Assembly (NCBI GenBank): GCA_020137815.1
Contig: CM035355.1
Span: 620,001-684,000 of the forward strand
Direction: 5' to 3'
DNA length: 64,000 nt
Source: Hormiphora californensis
Lineage: Eukaryota; Animalia; Ctenophora
Shown here piece by piece: positions 17,105 through 37,464 of this stretch. Both the position numbers and the translations under genes were made by a program. Numbering within the stretch: the stretch's first letter is position 1; each line of letters opens with the position of its first letter. A model generated the notes under the pieces. It was not told the DNA's origin. It made no database searches and saw only the letters and a list, made by a program, of their open reading frames with translations.

Positions 17105-17995
17105 CCACTCACCTGAGAGTTTTCTATTCCTCGTGACATCTGGTCGACAATATCACCACTCACCTGAGAGTTCTCTATTCCTCGTGACATCTGGTCGACA
17201 ATATCACCACTCACCTGAGAGTTCTCTATTCCTCGTGACATCTGGTCGACAATATCACCACTCACCTGAGAGTTCTCTATTCCTCGTGACATCTGGATCT
17301 GGTCGACAATAGCTACCACACCTGAGAGTTCTCTTACCATCCTCTGACAATCTGGTCGACAATATCACCACTCAACATCAACCCACTCACCCAAAACCTG
17401 AGAGTTCTTATTCTCGTGACATCTGGTCGACAATATCATCACCACTCACCTGAATACGTTCCCTCTTTTTCCTTTCCTTCCTCGTGACATCTGGTCTGGT
17501 CGCAATATCTACCACTCACCTAAGTTTTTTATTCTATCCTTCCGCTCGTCGTGACATCTGTCAAACAATATCCCACTCACACCCTGAGAAGTTTCTCCTA
17601 TTCCATTCCCTTGTGATGTACATCTGGTCGACATATCACCAGCATTATATGCTCTATTCCTTGTTGACATCTGGTCGACAACTATCACCCCCTCACCCTA
17701 TAGTTTCTCCTATTCCTCGTGACCTCTGTCGACAATATCACCACTCACACCTGAGAGTTTTCTATTTCCTCGTGACATCTGGTCGACAATATCAACCACT
17801 CACCCCGACCCAGAGTTTTTCATATTCCTCGTGACATCTGGTCGACAAATATCATTACCACTCCACCTGAGAGGTTCTCTATTCCCGTGACATCTGGTCG
17901 ACAATATCACCTACTTCACCCTTACGAGTTCTTTTCTCTATTCCTATTTGTTCCATTCCTTTTCTACTATTCCGCGTGAAATCCTGGTCGTCTAC
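17105..17995 (-). repeat. 51-bp tandem array (about 16-17 copies, degrading) of a TIR exon 3' end plus donor
   Basis: Minus-strand unit TGATATTGTCGACCAGATGTCACGAGGAATAGAGAACTCTCAG|GTGAGTGG; period 51 (17105 to 17156). Confidence 0.9.
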
Positions 17996-18153
17996 ATATC
18001 ACACACCACTCATCCTGGCTCCTCGTCAAACCAGGTCGTGAAAGAGAGGTTCTTCAGTGCATTATTAACCCTCTGCACCCCGGCTCTAGGTTTCATCCCT
18101 TCCCAACATCAATTGTACCACCCCAGTTTTGTGGGCTAGAAAAGAAATCCACC
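17940..18153 (-). CDS. TIR-domain (TIR_2-like) coding exon, error-laden
   Basis: After a cag acceptor: VDFF..NWG...G RD..., VQRVNNALKNLSFTTWFDEE, then MSGDIVDQMSRGIENSQ (clean in the repeat copies). Matches the TIR betaA-alphaA-betaB-BB loop-alphaB pattern. Confidence 0.65.
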
Positions 18154-18359
18154 CTGCCAGACATGACCGCTATAATGTGGGCAGGCAATAGGTAATTAAA
18201 ACATTCAGTCGTTTTTGTGGGGCTTTTTCTTGAACATCCTAGCCCACTAACTTTAAAAACGATGCATCTGAACAAATTGTTCTGTTTGAAAAGAGAGGGG
18301 TTGGCTAGATATAGTTTGTAGTAAAGATATAACCTTTCCACTCAGACTGACATTAGTTG

Positions 18360-18652
18360 TCTGCATGTAAACAGGGTGGAACCATGTCTGCATGTAAACA
18401 GGGTGGAACCATGTCCATGTAAACAGGGTGGAACCATGTCCATGTAAAAAACAGAGGGTGGGAACCATGTCCAGATGTACATATTATTATGGTAATTTTT
18501 GGAGGTGTAATTAGGACTAGGAGTGGAACCATGTCCATGTAAACAGGGTGGAACCATGTCCATGTAAACAGGGTGAACCATGTCCATGTAAACAGGGTGG
18601 AACCATGTCCATGTAACAGGGTGAATGAACCATGCCTAGTACAGGGTGGAAC
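18360..18652 (-). repeat. About 25-bp tandem repeat ending in a minus-strand acceptor
   Basis: GACATGGTTCCACCCTGTTTACATG; last copies read TTTACATGCAG|ACA before an open stretch TTNVSLSGKVISLLQTISSQPLSFQTEQFVQMHRF. Confidence 0.8.
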
Positions 18653-20989
18653 CCCATAAAGCAAACTTCGAGAATGTGCAGATAAAACTCTTAATAAAGA
18701 GGGCTAGCTATGGGTCGCTTCTGTGTATGTGGCTCTTTCTTGAACATACAATGCCCGATACACAAAACAAGTGAGAGCCACAATTTGAATTCGTGTGCAG
18801 TAGGTTGCAGTAGATCCAGAGACTCTGACAGAGAGACTAAAAAAGAAGCGAGAGACAGATTCAAGAGGCTATATTAGATAGATGGAAATGAGAGAAAAAG
18901 AGACAGAGATAGAAAGATATATAGAGAGAGAGAAGAGAGCGACTCTCTCTCTCTCCCCTCTCTCTCTCGGCCGCGCTACTTTTCTCTCTCTCCTCTCCTC
19001 GCCCCTCTCTCTTCCCTCTCCTCTCTTCCTTTTCTTCTTTCTTCTGCTAACTCTCTACCTCTCCTGCGGTCTCTGTCATTCTTCTCCTCTACTGCCCCCT
19101 CTTTTTCTCCGCTTTTTGTCTACTTCTGACTGGCTGAGGGTTTTTATTCTTTAAGGGGTTGTTCTCTTTAACATTCCCCATCTTTCTCTTGTCTGTCGGT
19201 TTCATGTCGTCTCTTGTTTCTGCACTCCGGCGTAGGGAGGGTGGTCGAGAGGATGTGCGCCTCCGCGTCTTCCATATAGGTTGGGTATCTCTTCTCTTCA
19301 TGTTTTGCAGTCGTTCTCCTTTTGTCGGTCTCCAGGCAGGTTTTTCCGTCTTCATCTCTCCTTTTTTTCCGTTTTCTTCGGGTGCCCTCTTCGTCAATGT
19401 CTCATCTCCTATTTTCTCGCGGTTTTGGAGTCCCGTGAAGATCCTTTTTGAGTTTTTTTTGGGATTAATAATTGGAATGGTCCGTTGCCGCTCTCGTTCT
19501 TTTCACCGTGCCTTGGGGTGTTCCTCGAGGGAGTATTCCGTGTTCTCGTTCCGTCTCTTATCTTTTTTTATTTTTTCTTGTTCTCCTGGCTTGTTTTTTT
19601 GTGCCTTTATGTTTTTTTTTTTTTGCTTTTGTTCTGTCCGAGACTTCTTCCTTGTCTTTTTTTTCCCTGGGTCGTCGGCATCGAGCACGGTGGGGGCTGC
19701 TGTGTAAGGGGATCGGGCTTCTCTTTGCGGGCTCGACTCCTACTTCCTGTCAGGCTTCTTTCGTTTTTCTGCGTGACTTTTATTGGATTTTTTTTTCTCT
19801 CTCTCTTTCTGCTTGTTTTCCTCTCGTTCGCTTTTTCTCCCTTTTCTCTTATTTTTTCATGTTTGTTTGTTCTTCCTGAGTAGGTAAGTATGGTGGCTTA
19901 TCTCTTCTTCTCTGCTCCGCGACTCGGCTTGCACGGCCCTGTTTCAAAAAGGCTTTTTCCTCTTCAACGGGACGAATGACATATTCCTTTCTCTCCTCCT
20001 CTTCGTCTCGGTGGCTACCGCCCTTTTCTCGCTCCCGTTCTCTCCTCTTTCACCCCTTCATCCCCCTCTACCCCCTTTGTTGTTGAGTAAAATGAGTGTT
20101 GCGTAAAATAGAACAGGAAAGTAAAAAATAAAAAACACGACCAAAAATCTCATAACAAACCCTTCTCACCCCCCTCCCCCCTCCTCCCCCTTTATCGCCT
20201 CCTGTTCCCTCTTTTTCTTTCTACTTCTTCCTCTTCCTCCCGCTTTTCCCTTTTCCCCCACATGTGCAAATTATCCACCAATCACAAGGAAACTCGTCCT
20301 CCCCTGCCCTCTAAACTTCGCTCCCTACATCAGCCGCTTCACGCCTTTTGGATCTTTTCTGCGCTTTCTTCTATTGTTGTCGGTTCTCTCTTCCTTACTG
20401 ATTTCTGGCCCATTTAATGTCTTGTATGTTCTTACTTATGTCCCCATTGACTTGTGGCCTGGGGTTCCCTCTCCAGTCGCCGCTTCTTAGCGCTGTCCTC
20501 TTTAAACATAAATACTGAAATAGCACATAGTTTCCCCTGGCAAACGTGGTTTGGCTGGGTAATTAGCATGTGATTTGGACATACTGACCTAATTACCCCT
20601 AATTAAACACCAATTATTACAGTTCAACCGTAACTTCTTTTTTCTATATGCTTTATAATTTTTAGTTGTTTTTATTTCTTGCTGTTAGCCTTGGCTTTTT
20701 TCCTTTGTGCTTTTCTTTGTTTACGTGGACATTTTTCTGGGGTGTCGACTTAGTCTATGTTTTCTTGGGAGGTTTGTATCCTTCTTGTTTTGTTGGAGAC
20801 GGAGTCACATTGTCACTATTTACTAAACACTCGCACCCGTCGCTCTGATACTCCTCCACTCTTCAAGCACTGACCCCATCCTCCCCCTAATTTACGCCCA
20901 CCCATACCCTAACTCCTCTTACCATCTCTTATCTTCCCTACCATCCTCCATTCCTGGGATGCCCCCTCTCACCCATTATTACGCCATCG

Positions 20990-22996
20990 CGCCATCTCTC
21001 AGCTTTTAACCTACCCTCCCATTTACTCTTCCATATTCAGCCTATTACCCCCTACTCTGCTCCATTTACTTCTGCCTCCATCTCTCAATACCCTACCTCC
21101 CATATTTAACTCCATCCCTCTCTGCTACCCAGCTCCCCTACCTTCCATTTTACTCCAATCTCTCAGCTTCCTACCCTCTTCCCATTACCTTCTCTATCCT
21201 CATCACCAAACTAACTAAACACCAGGCCTAATTTCTTCCAGCTATTTTGATTCATCCATCTCTCAAGCTCTCCTACCTCCCATTTACAACTTACCATCTC
21301 TCTAGCCTTCCCTGCCCTCTTCCTATTTTATCAAACTCCACCCCCAGCTACCCTACAACCTCCCTTGACTCCATCTGACGAATATCAGACTTATTCATAA
21401 AGAGCACTAACCGAGTCCCTGGCTCCCATTTCTCTCCCATTTGACTCTGTTCTTCAGCAATTCCACTACCAGAAGACTCCCATATATATTGTATCCATCC
21501 CCTCAGCTTTCCTACTTAACCTTAGAATTTACCCTAGATCTTGTCAGACCATCTTACCTTTCCTACACTCCACTTCCCTCATTCTTACCCCGACCCTCCA
21601 CATATTTGAATCAATCTCTCACTTTCCCCCCTACCTTCCCATGTACCTTCGTGACTGTACGACAGCCCCTTTCCCTCAGCTTCCCTTAACCCTCTTCAAT
21701 TTTAGTACTCAATCTCCTTCAGCTATCCCACACTAACATTCCTCCGTCCCCCGCATCCCATTTACCTCGTCTCCCTCATCACATCGTCTTTCTCCTCCTA
21801 CCTTTTCCCCAGAGGTGACGATCGAGAGATACTCGCAGGCCCTAGTCCCGATCAATCGTCCCATTGAGACACTCCCAGCCGCCAACAGCGTAGTGACCCG
21901 CCCCGATCCCATTACCCATGGGCCCTACCTTGATTCCGGTCACTACTCTGAATGGCGCCTACCCTACCTCCCATTTAAACTTACGACCCTCTCCATCTCC
22001 AGCTTCCTACCCCTCCCATTTACTCTTCCACTCTCAGCTTCCCTACCCCACCTCCCATTTACTCACTCCATCCCGCAGCTTCCCTACCGCCCATTTACTC
22101 TATCTCTCAGCTACCCAACCACCCATTCTCCATTTCTCAGGCTTTCCTACCTCCTCCCATTGCTCCATCCTCTCCAGCTTCCCTACCTCCCCTTTACTCC
22201 ACTCCAAACCATCTCTTCAGGGGTCGCCTGTTCGGCTCCCTTCTCAGCTGGCGCTCCCTGTGCCCGGTTCTTGCATCTCGCTCTGTCGCTCCCTGTGAGT
22301 AGGGTAGCTAATAGATGAGTCATGGGGAGGTTGGGTAGGCTGAGAGATGGCGTCCCTGTAGGTAGGCCGCTTAAGAGCTGGCGTACACTTGTGCAGTTCG
22401 TGACTCTTCGTCTCTTTCTATAACTGTTCGGTCTTTCCTGGTCTGAGAGATGGAGTAAGTGGAGGTGAGGGTATCTGAAAGATGGGTAAATGGCAGGTAG
22501 GGAAGCTTAGATATGGAAGTAAATGGGATGTGGTATGCTGATCGAGATTAATTAGTATTGTAGTTAAGCTGAATATTTAGTAAATGGGACTAGGGTAGCT
22601 GAGGAGATGGATTGCATGGGAGGGATAGGTTGTTATGGTCAGGTGCTACTAATGGAGTAGCTTAGTTTAGGGTAGCGGAGAGTGTACCTATGATTAGGGG
22701 TAGGGTAGCTGAAAGATGGAGTTGATGAGGGCTAGGGAAGCATAGAGATGGAAACGATTATGGATAGGGATTCCCTACCCCTAATTGTTTCCATCTCTAT
22801 GCTTCCCTAATAGGGAAGCTGAGAGATGGAGTAGATGAGGAGTAGGGTAGCTGAGAGATGGACTAGATAAGGGGTAGGGTAGCTGAAAGATGGAGTAGAT
22901 GAGGGGTAGGGTAGCTGAAAGATGGAGTAGATGAGGGGTAGGGTAGCTGAGAGATCGAGTTGATGAGGGGTAGGATAGCTGAGAGATGGAGTAGAT
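20990..22996. repeat. About 32-bp satellite present in both orientations (noisy)
   Basis: GAGATGGAGTAGATGAGGGGTAGGGTAGCTGA, clean at 22815-22996; degenerate reverse complement at about 20990-22210. Confidence 0.75.
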
Positions 22997-23675
22997 CAAG
23001 ATCAAGAAATATTTGATTCGGCACCGACCCTCTCTCTACTCCTCGATGTTTCCCGCCATGTTCTGCAGCTGCTGTGTGAGAGTTGAACGCGAGCGCGTCA
23101 ATAACATGACACGACATGCAACACGACATGCAACACGACATGCGAGATGCGAATTTCATTATTTTGAAGTTTTGTGGGGTTGCGATTTTTGTTTTAGGTC
23201 GGAGAGTGAAACGGCCGGTACAGTGGTAAACTAGATTAAAAACTGTACGCCTCGTTAGACGGCGATTTTTCCTATCTTGTCTGGTTCCTGAGATATGGCC
23301 CCCTAAAGAGTTGGTGTCTCAAACTGCTGAATCGGGGTCACGCGAGGAAAATGGGCATCAGTTTGCGTGTACTGCTCCGTTTTTCACGGGACTTGAACGA
23401 GGGTGACGGCAAGAGTCTCACCTATTACATGGTATCCTTACATTGTGTATTAAATCTAAAATGACTGAGCAGCATGCTTGTTAATGAACCTTGACGTGTT
23501 TGCTTGTCTCGCAAGCGCGCTTGCGACTAGCAAACACGACATGCAGTTCACACCCTGCTACAGCGCGCGTTCAATGTTCGCGCGAAGACCCCTCTCCCGA
23601 GAGGTTGAGCGATGGCGCGTTACGTACAAATCACAATTTTCAAGAGTGATTAGCTGGCTAAATGTGATTCTTACC

Positions 23676-30327
<6,652 letters not shown>

Positions 30328-33300
30328 TTTGAATTCAAATAGAATTCAATAAACTTATCAAACCCTATTTATTTTACCTCTCAGTTGATCGTCGGGTAAG
30401 CTTTTGCTCTGCCGGGGGAGCAGCCACCATATCTTATCTATCTCTAACTCTCTCTATCTCTCTCTCGATCCTCTCCCCTCTGTCACCAGGACATGCTAGA
30501 AAATATAGAATGAACATTAGTTCGATCTTTGTTATACGTCTCTTGAACCCCTTTACAAGAGTCAAGAGTCTTGGTTTGATGTAGAGAGGCGGAGGGTTGA
30601 AGCGGGGGGGGGGGGTAATTTTAATAAAGGTTTCGTAGTCAGACAGAAGACTACGAAACCTTTGTTTAACTACGGTAGTCTTCTGCCAGTTCTGCAAATA
30701 CCATCGGTTTGTTTGTTTGTTTGTTTTGAACACAATCTCTACGTTCTGTGCTTACTGCTTACCCAATACCAAAAGGCCAGAGAAGACGAGGAAGGAGAGC
30801 TCTGCTCATAGAATCTTAGGAAATTAACCTACACAGAATTTAATTAGACTTGAAGCCTTCGTAAGATGCTTTTAGTACGAGAGAGAGACAGAGATAGAGA
30901 TCAATGGTCACAGAGAGAGAAAAAGATCACAGAGAGGGAGAGAGAGAGAGATCTCACAACAAGTGAGATAGAGAGATCACAGAGAGAGAAAGAGATAGAT
31001 ATCTGGGATAAGATCTCCTGGAGACAAGGGTATCTCGAGAGAGAACAAATCATAATTAAACCACCCCCACGTACTACTACTAAAGTTTATCTCAAGAATG
31101 TTATAGATTTTGGTTGACAAGACACCAAGATATTTGTGAGGGAGATCCGAGATATGAGAGAGTGATGAGTGAGGGAGATATGTGAGGGAGATATGTGAGA
31201 GATGTGTGAGGAAGATATAGAGATATCAGAAAGAGTGCGTGATGAGAGAGTGGTGCGACAAGGTCCTTGTTGAGGAGCTGACATGTGTGTTTGATTGGAT
31301 GAGAAGTGTGCTGCAGACGGACTACTCACGAGCGGGCAAAATTACCAGTTCATGATACACTAACGAGAGAGAGGAGAGAGAGATGCAGCGAGGTTGGTGA
31401 GTAGTCGAGAGAGCAGAGAACCCCTATTGCATTGCGGTATGACGCAGGCCGAGAGAGCTCCGAGAGGCGAACGAAGAAACCCGAGAGAAGAGAGACGGTC
31501 GGAGAAAGGAACTCAACGAAAACAGAGCGAGAGAAGACGAGAGAGACGAAGACGACCACCAATCGAAAGAGAGAGACATCCGAGAGATGATGCAAGCGGA
31601 GCCACGCACTCGGCGAGAGAAGTAGAGAGAACGACCTGAGGAGACAGACGCACAGCACTGAGAGAAGGAGAGTGAGTCGAGACCAAAGAGCGAGAGTGGA
31701 CGAAGATGGAAACTCCAGAGAGAGAGGGGAGATGGAGAGAGACAACGATGAGGAGACGCAGAGTTAACACGAAAGAGCAGAGAGAGAGAGAGAGCACCAC
31801 GGCTAGACGGAGGGATGAGAGAGACTCAATAGAGCGGTTTGAGCGATCGCCTCATGAGAGTTGACGAGACGACAACATGCACAGACCGAAGCGAACCATG
31901 AGTCAAGAACCACGAGATGCAACCCAGAGGGAGAAGGAGATGGAAGAAGAGAAGAGACAGAGGACTGATAGAACGAGAGTGGATCTGCCCAGTGAGAGGA
32001 GACAGAGAGAGAGAGAAAGGAGAAGACGGGATGATGAGAGAGGAGAGACGAGAGACGAGAGAGAGTAACGAGAAAGAAGAGATGGACAGCGGGAGATGAG
32101 AGGACGGAGACTAAGAGCCAGAGAGAAAGAAGCAATGAGGAGAGTAGAGGGAGGAGTGACTTTGAGAGAGAGAGAGAACCGCAGACTGACGGACGAGCTG
32201 CCCCACCGATGCTCGCGTAAGAAAGAGAGAGATGAAAGATAGAGAGGGAGCGATGAGAGCGAGGAAAGTGGATGCAGGAGAGGAGAAGAGAAGAGGAGAA
32301 AGAGAGAGCGATGAAGGAGCAGAGCCCCCGCGCCGACTAACAGGGAGAGAGCGGATCGAGAGAGAGAGAGAAGAGGACGAGACCCCAAAGCAACGTTGTA
32401 TACACTGATCACACGCTACCTACGGTTGTACAAGTACAGAGCTGCAGAGGGTTGTCTACATCTCACGACTCTGACCACGGGCGTTCATCTTTGTCTGTTA
32501 GTATTGCAGTTTGTTTTAGGGTGAATTTGTCTGCTTATCTCCATGTGTAATGCAGGGTATGCTAAAAAAGAAGAAGTCTGTCAAAGTGCGGTTATTTAAA
32601 TCTGAAATTCTGGGGAGTGGATCGAACACAGTGGTAAGCAAACACCACAACATTCCTTACATCTTGTACCTGTGAGACAACTTCAACCGGTCAAAATGGT
32701 CCTGAAAATTTGATGGAACAGCTGTAGTCCTCCTCAACTCTCGGAGGGGTAGTTGCACGTTATTGTAAAAAGTAGTGCAGACGGGTGGTTACCCCCCTCT
32801 TTTGTCTGCTGCAGTGGGGGGTTACCCCCTCTTTTGTCTGCTGCAGTGGGGGGTAACCATGGTAACCACCGTGACTGTGGTAACTACGTAACTGCAGCTG
32901 CAACGAAGCAAGCTGCATCATCAAAGAGACAGAATACAGAGCTGAGAGAGACGGAATATAGAGCTGAGAGAGACGGAATGAGAGAAAGATCTCCTTCATT
33001 CTGCCGCTGCTTTTTCTGCTTGCCTCGAACTACAGCCCAGTATAGTGTTATGGTGGACTCTGTGAGTTGCGTGTATCCATTAACCCATTATATCAGTGAG
33101 CTTCTCAATTTGTTTGGGCCTTCTCTTCCAATATTCTCTCTTACGTTCTCTCTTCACTCTTCTGATTCTCTTCCACTATATTCTCTCTTACCTTCTCTCT
33201 ATAACAGTTCTCATTCTCTTCCACTATATTCTCTCTTCCTTTCTCTCTATAGCAGTTCTTGTGGTATGCAGGATATGCTCAAGATGTAACATTCTGACCC

Positions 33301-33351
33301 CAACTCCTCACCTCTAGACGGATAAAGCTCAGATAAAGCGAGTTGTGACTC

Positions 33352-36300
33352 TTGAAGGACTTCCTCACACTCCAGTACCTTTCGATAGACAGTGCTGTTA
33401 AGATAGTACACCTGTATTACACTGTTCACAATGGGTCCCTTGTTCCTATACCCAACTCCAGTGCTATCCTTTTCATGAGGGAACTCTACATCGCTAGCAG
33501 CAAGGTAACATCATTCATTTCAAACTATCACATTTCTACTTTGTCTTCAGGACCTCCAGATGATCATAAACTTGCTAAATAAGTTGCGGTTTCATCCCCT
33601 GCTTTGCCCAGAGCTACTATCGAGCATCTTTTATTCATAGACTGCAGTTAGATTTACCCCTTTGTGTACTGGCTATAATTATAGTGGCTGGGAGTTACAC
33701 ACAGGCAGTAACCTACTAGCTGACGTGTAACTCCTATTTCTCAGTCTTTCTCTCTCTCCTTCTCCTCTCTCCCCTCTCCTCTCCTCTCTCTGTCTCTCTC
33801 TCTCTCTCTTAGTCTCCCCCTCTCCCTCTCAGCCAATGTTCTGTGTCTACCCCTTCAACCATCAATAATTCTTTAGACTATCGTGGAGCTGGATCCCTCC
33901 AACCCCACGGTCCAGAAACAAGTGCCCCTGAAAACCATACTCCAGAGTTTCCCCCTGAACCCCCGTCTCAAGCTCATCCTGGAGGTGGTGAAACTGGGTC
34001 TTACAGACAGGGCTCTCAAGAGCATCATATCCTCAACGTATGCACATCTCCAAGCACAAAGGTTTACCAAGTCAAGCTGTGAAACCTTTGTAAAGACCCT
34101 GGTACGTGTGTTTTTCATATCGGGTTGTGGACAAGACGTGACACTGTCACGTGATATTGCTAATTAAACCAATCATACGAGTACATGCGTATAGTATGCC
34201 GTTTACACGTGATCATGATTGATTTTGATGATTGATTTTGACCTTATTTGGGTGTTTAATTAGTGTTGTGTTGCCAGGTGACAGTAATGACCAAAAAGCG
34301 ACCCCTGGCCCAAGTGGATCTCCTGCGAAAGAACTTGACAGGAGCGATAGAGGCAACCGTTACCTTCATATTCCGGTGCACCGATGAGCCCTCTCATGTC
34401 ACTCCCAGTACTGTGCTGAACCTGCTGTATGACAAACCAGGTCGGGATATAACAATAGTTGGTGAATAGTGCGTCTGATTGTGATCCAATCAGAGGCTTG
34501 AAAATTCCAATCTTTAAACAAGAAATGGGGATACTGAGTATTGTTTTACTGACCATTGCCAAATTCCCACCAGATGTGTTGACTAGTATAGACGCACCAC
34601 CAACACCTCTACAAACAGCTTCCCTGAGTAACCGACCTAAAATGACAAAACGATCAGAGGCCCTGAAACGGTAAGTCGATAATTGGACAAAGATTTTGAG
34701 GGATTCAGTGCAAATCCACACAGGGTGAAATGGGATGATTAACAAATCAACACAGGGTGAAATGAGATGATTTACTATACTTCACTGATGTTTTTCAGAT
34801 GTTTTTCAACTCCTGAAGGTATTATCAACGGTGCAACGCCTGAAAACCTCGCTATCTACAAGCAAAACTTCCTCTACCCGTATCTAACGAACCCTCCGGT
34901 CTATGGGAATGGTCTCCTGGAGATTCTAGCCCACTTTAAACCAAACAACAAGGGTCTCATCGATGCGACTGAGTTGAAGCCCTTTCTGAGAGCGCTCAAT
35001 GATCTTCAGGATTGTGGGAATGTTCCGAGTGTTTCCAGTGTCTATCATACCGCCTTGCAAACCAGTAAGTCAGAATTACTTAATCAGCATAACACCGTTT
35101 TATTGATTAACTAGTATGAAACCCTTTTCTTTAATGCTCCATTACCGTAGAACGATCGTTCAAAAGGAGGATGAAGATATGTGAGCTGATTTTAGCGCTA
35201 CCCCTCGATGAACCATTATATGAGGCGTTCTCTCTCCTCTTTTCCCCTATCACCGGACACTTTTTCATGAACCTCTTCAAGAAATACGACTGCGACGAAT
35301 CAGGTACGGGGCGATGCAATTTAGTTCCTACTACAGTAATATCGGAATGTATCAGTCTTCTGATTACATTGTGTTACTATACAACATACATACAATACAA
35401 CTGTCTATACACTAACCAATATAAACAATACAACGATTACATATCATATTAAAAATCTTGTTCCGACATTGTGTTCCTATACAATATACATACAATACAA
35501 CGATTACATATTTATTTATTTCTTCATATTGTTACAAGTGTCCTCCCACAGGTGACATGGATGCGGATGAAGCCTTGACGATGATTAAGGACATGTTGGA
35601 GAACTCTGTGGAAAACAAGGTTAGAAGGTTGCTGTTAGAATGTTCCATAAACATTGTTCATATCTAGTTGTGAATAATCAGCTCTCTGGGTATTTACTAT
35701 TTACACACACATGCTGACTTTGTCTATTGCTCTCCCATCTGATTTCTCTATGGAATCATTAGCCAGCTGGTGATCTCTCTCAGTGAATCTACCCCCCCCC
35801 CTCTCTCTCTCTCTCACTGAACCCTCTCTGATCACTGCTATATAATGGTAGCAACTGTCGTGACACCAACTGTGTGCCACACTCTGACTACAACATGATC
35901 TCTGAAATACAGTGAATTGATCTCCGAAATACAGTGAAATCTAATCCCCTTTAAAAACTCTTCCAGATGCTTTACAGTGCTCGACGGAAGTCCCTTTCAA
36001 ACGAGCTGATACGAAACCTCCAGAGCACAGCCTGTATTATTGTCCAGGCTCTGTTCACGTGTTTTGTTAAGGATTCTCTAAACCTAACTGATCTGGGACA
36101 CTTTCTAAATATCCAACAAAACTTCCTAAACAGGTACTATAACAGGTGTTCTTCTTTCACTCTTCCACCTTTCAACCGAAGTCCAATTTTCTACCAAATT
36201 TCTACCAACGAATATATTTCCCGTGATGCATTTAGATCTTCAGGCACTGACTTTTAGTTTCCCACCCAGGCACATGCTGACAGCGACAGTGCAGAGTGAC

Positions 36301-37010
36301 AGGACAGAGGAGCTTATCCAACACTACGATCACGATCACAGTGGATACGTAGAGGGAGAGGAACTATCTGTAAGTGGGATGTTAGTTACTATGGTATCCA
36401 GGGTGCAGTGGTTGCTATGGTAACTTAAGCAGTTACTATGGTAACCAAGTGATCGCGATCACAGCTGTAGATACGTAGAGGGAGAGGAAATATCTGTAAG
36501 TGGGATGGAGCACCGTGATTCAATCACAAACACATTCGACACAATCTGAGAAATTAATTTTTTTCCCGGTGTATGTGACTGGAGAACAAGAGTGAAGTTG
36601 TGAAATTGCCAGGTAGAAATAAAATAATACCCTACAGGAGCTAGTGAGAGATATCGTGGTTGCAGTTAATGGTGATGAAACTGACGTGATACACGAAGAG
36701 GTGACACTGGCACAATCACTGCTCATGTGGTCTGAGGTATGTTTATTATCAGGAAATTAAAACGATCTTTAACCCTTTACAGAGGCCCAAATTTGTAGTT
36801 TTACTATAAACTAAGTTTAGTACTCATTAATAAACTCTACACTATCTCAATTACTATCTCAATTAGTAAAATCAAGTTCCCTCCCAGGATGGCAGTGGCA
36901 AAATCAGTCAAGACGAAATACGAGGGATAATTCCACGGCGGACAGCATGTTTTACGAGCAAAGCTAACTCCATGTGTGATGGTCATGATGATGAAATGCC
37001 GAGACTTTAA
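33352..37010 (+). CDS. Calbindin/calretinin/secretagogin-like multi-EF-hand protein with a long degenerate N-terminal module; start not located
   Basis: Exons about 33352-33504, 33878-34101, 34278-34440, 34574-34669, 34799-35065, 35150-35302, 35552-35619, 35967-36132, 36270-36369, 36638-36736, 36888-37010 (TAA). EF loops DCDESGDMDADE, DHDHSGYVEGEE, SEDGSGKISQDE; family linkers KICELILALPLDE and LTDLGHFLNIQQNFL. Confidence 0.75.
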
Positions 37011-37464
37011 AAGAAAAACGTGGACGAAGTGCAATATCTTAAACATTTAACATACCATTTCAACATTAAATTATTTTCGGTTTTTCTCCAAAAGATTGTA
37101 TCGTTTTCGTAATAACTCTCACTAGATATTCAAGTGGGCACAATCTAGTTTACATACAGTTACCCCGGCTGGGCCCTAACTCATAACTGCTAACACTGGT
37201 GAACACAGACCGACCCGTCGCGAGCAAGTACGCGATGGATCAAGGAGTGATCTAGCGGCTAGCCACCGTAGGAGATAGGGAAAAAGGTCTAAATATCATA
37301 CTTTTGGAAAATGTATGTTTAACAGATTCAATTTGCAAGCCTCGTTGTAGGCCGTAGCCGTAAGGAAGATCGAGCGGCGGCTGGGGAGGGAACTTTTTTA
37401 AAAAGTTGGCATACGTTGCAGGCCCCTTATAATATAATATAAGGGGGTGCGCGCATGAGCAACA

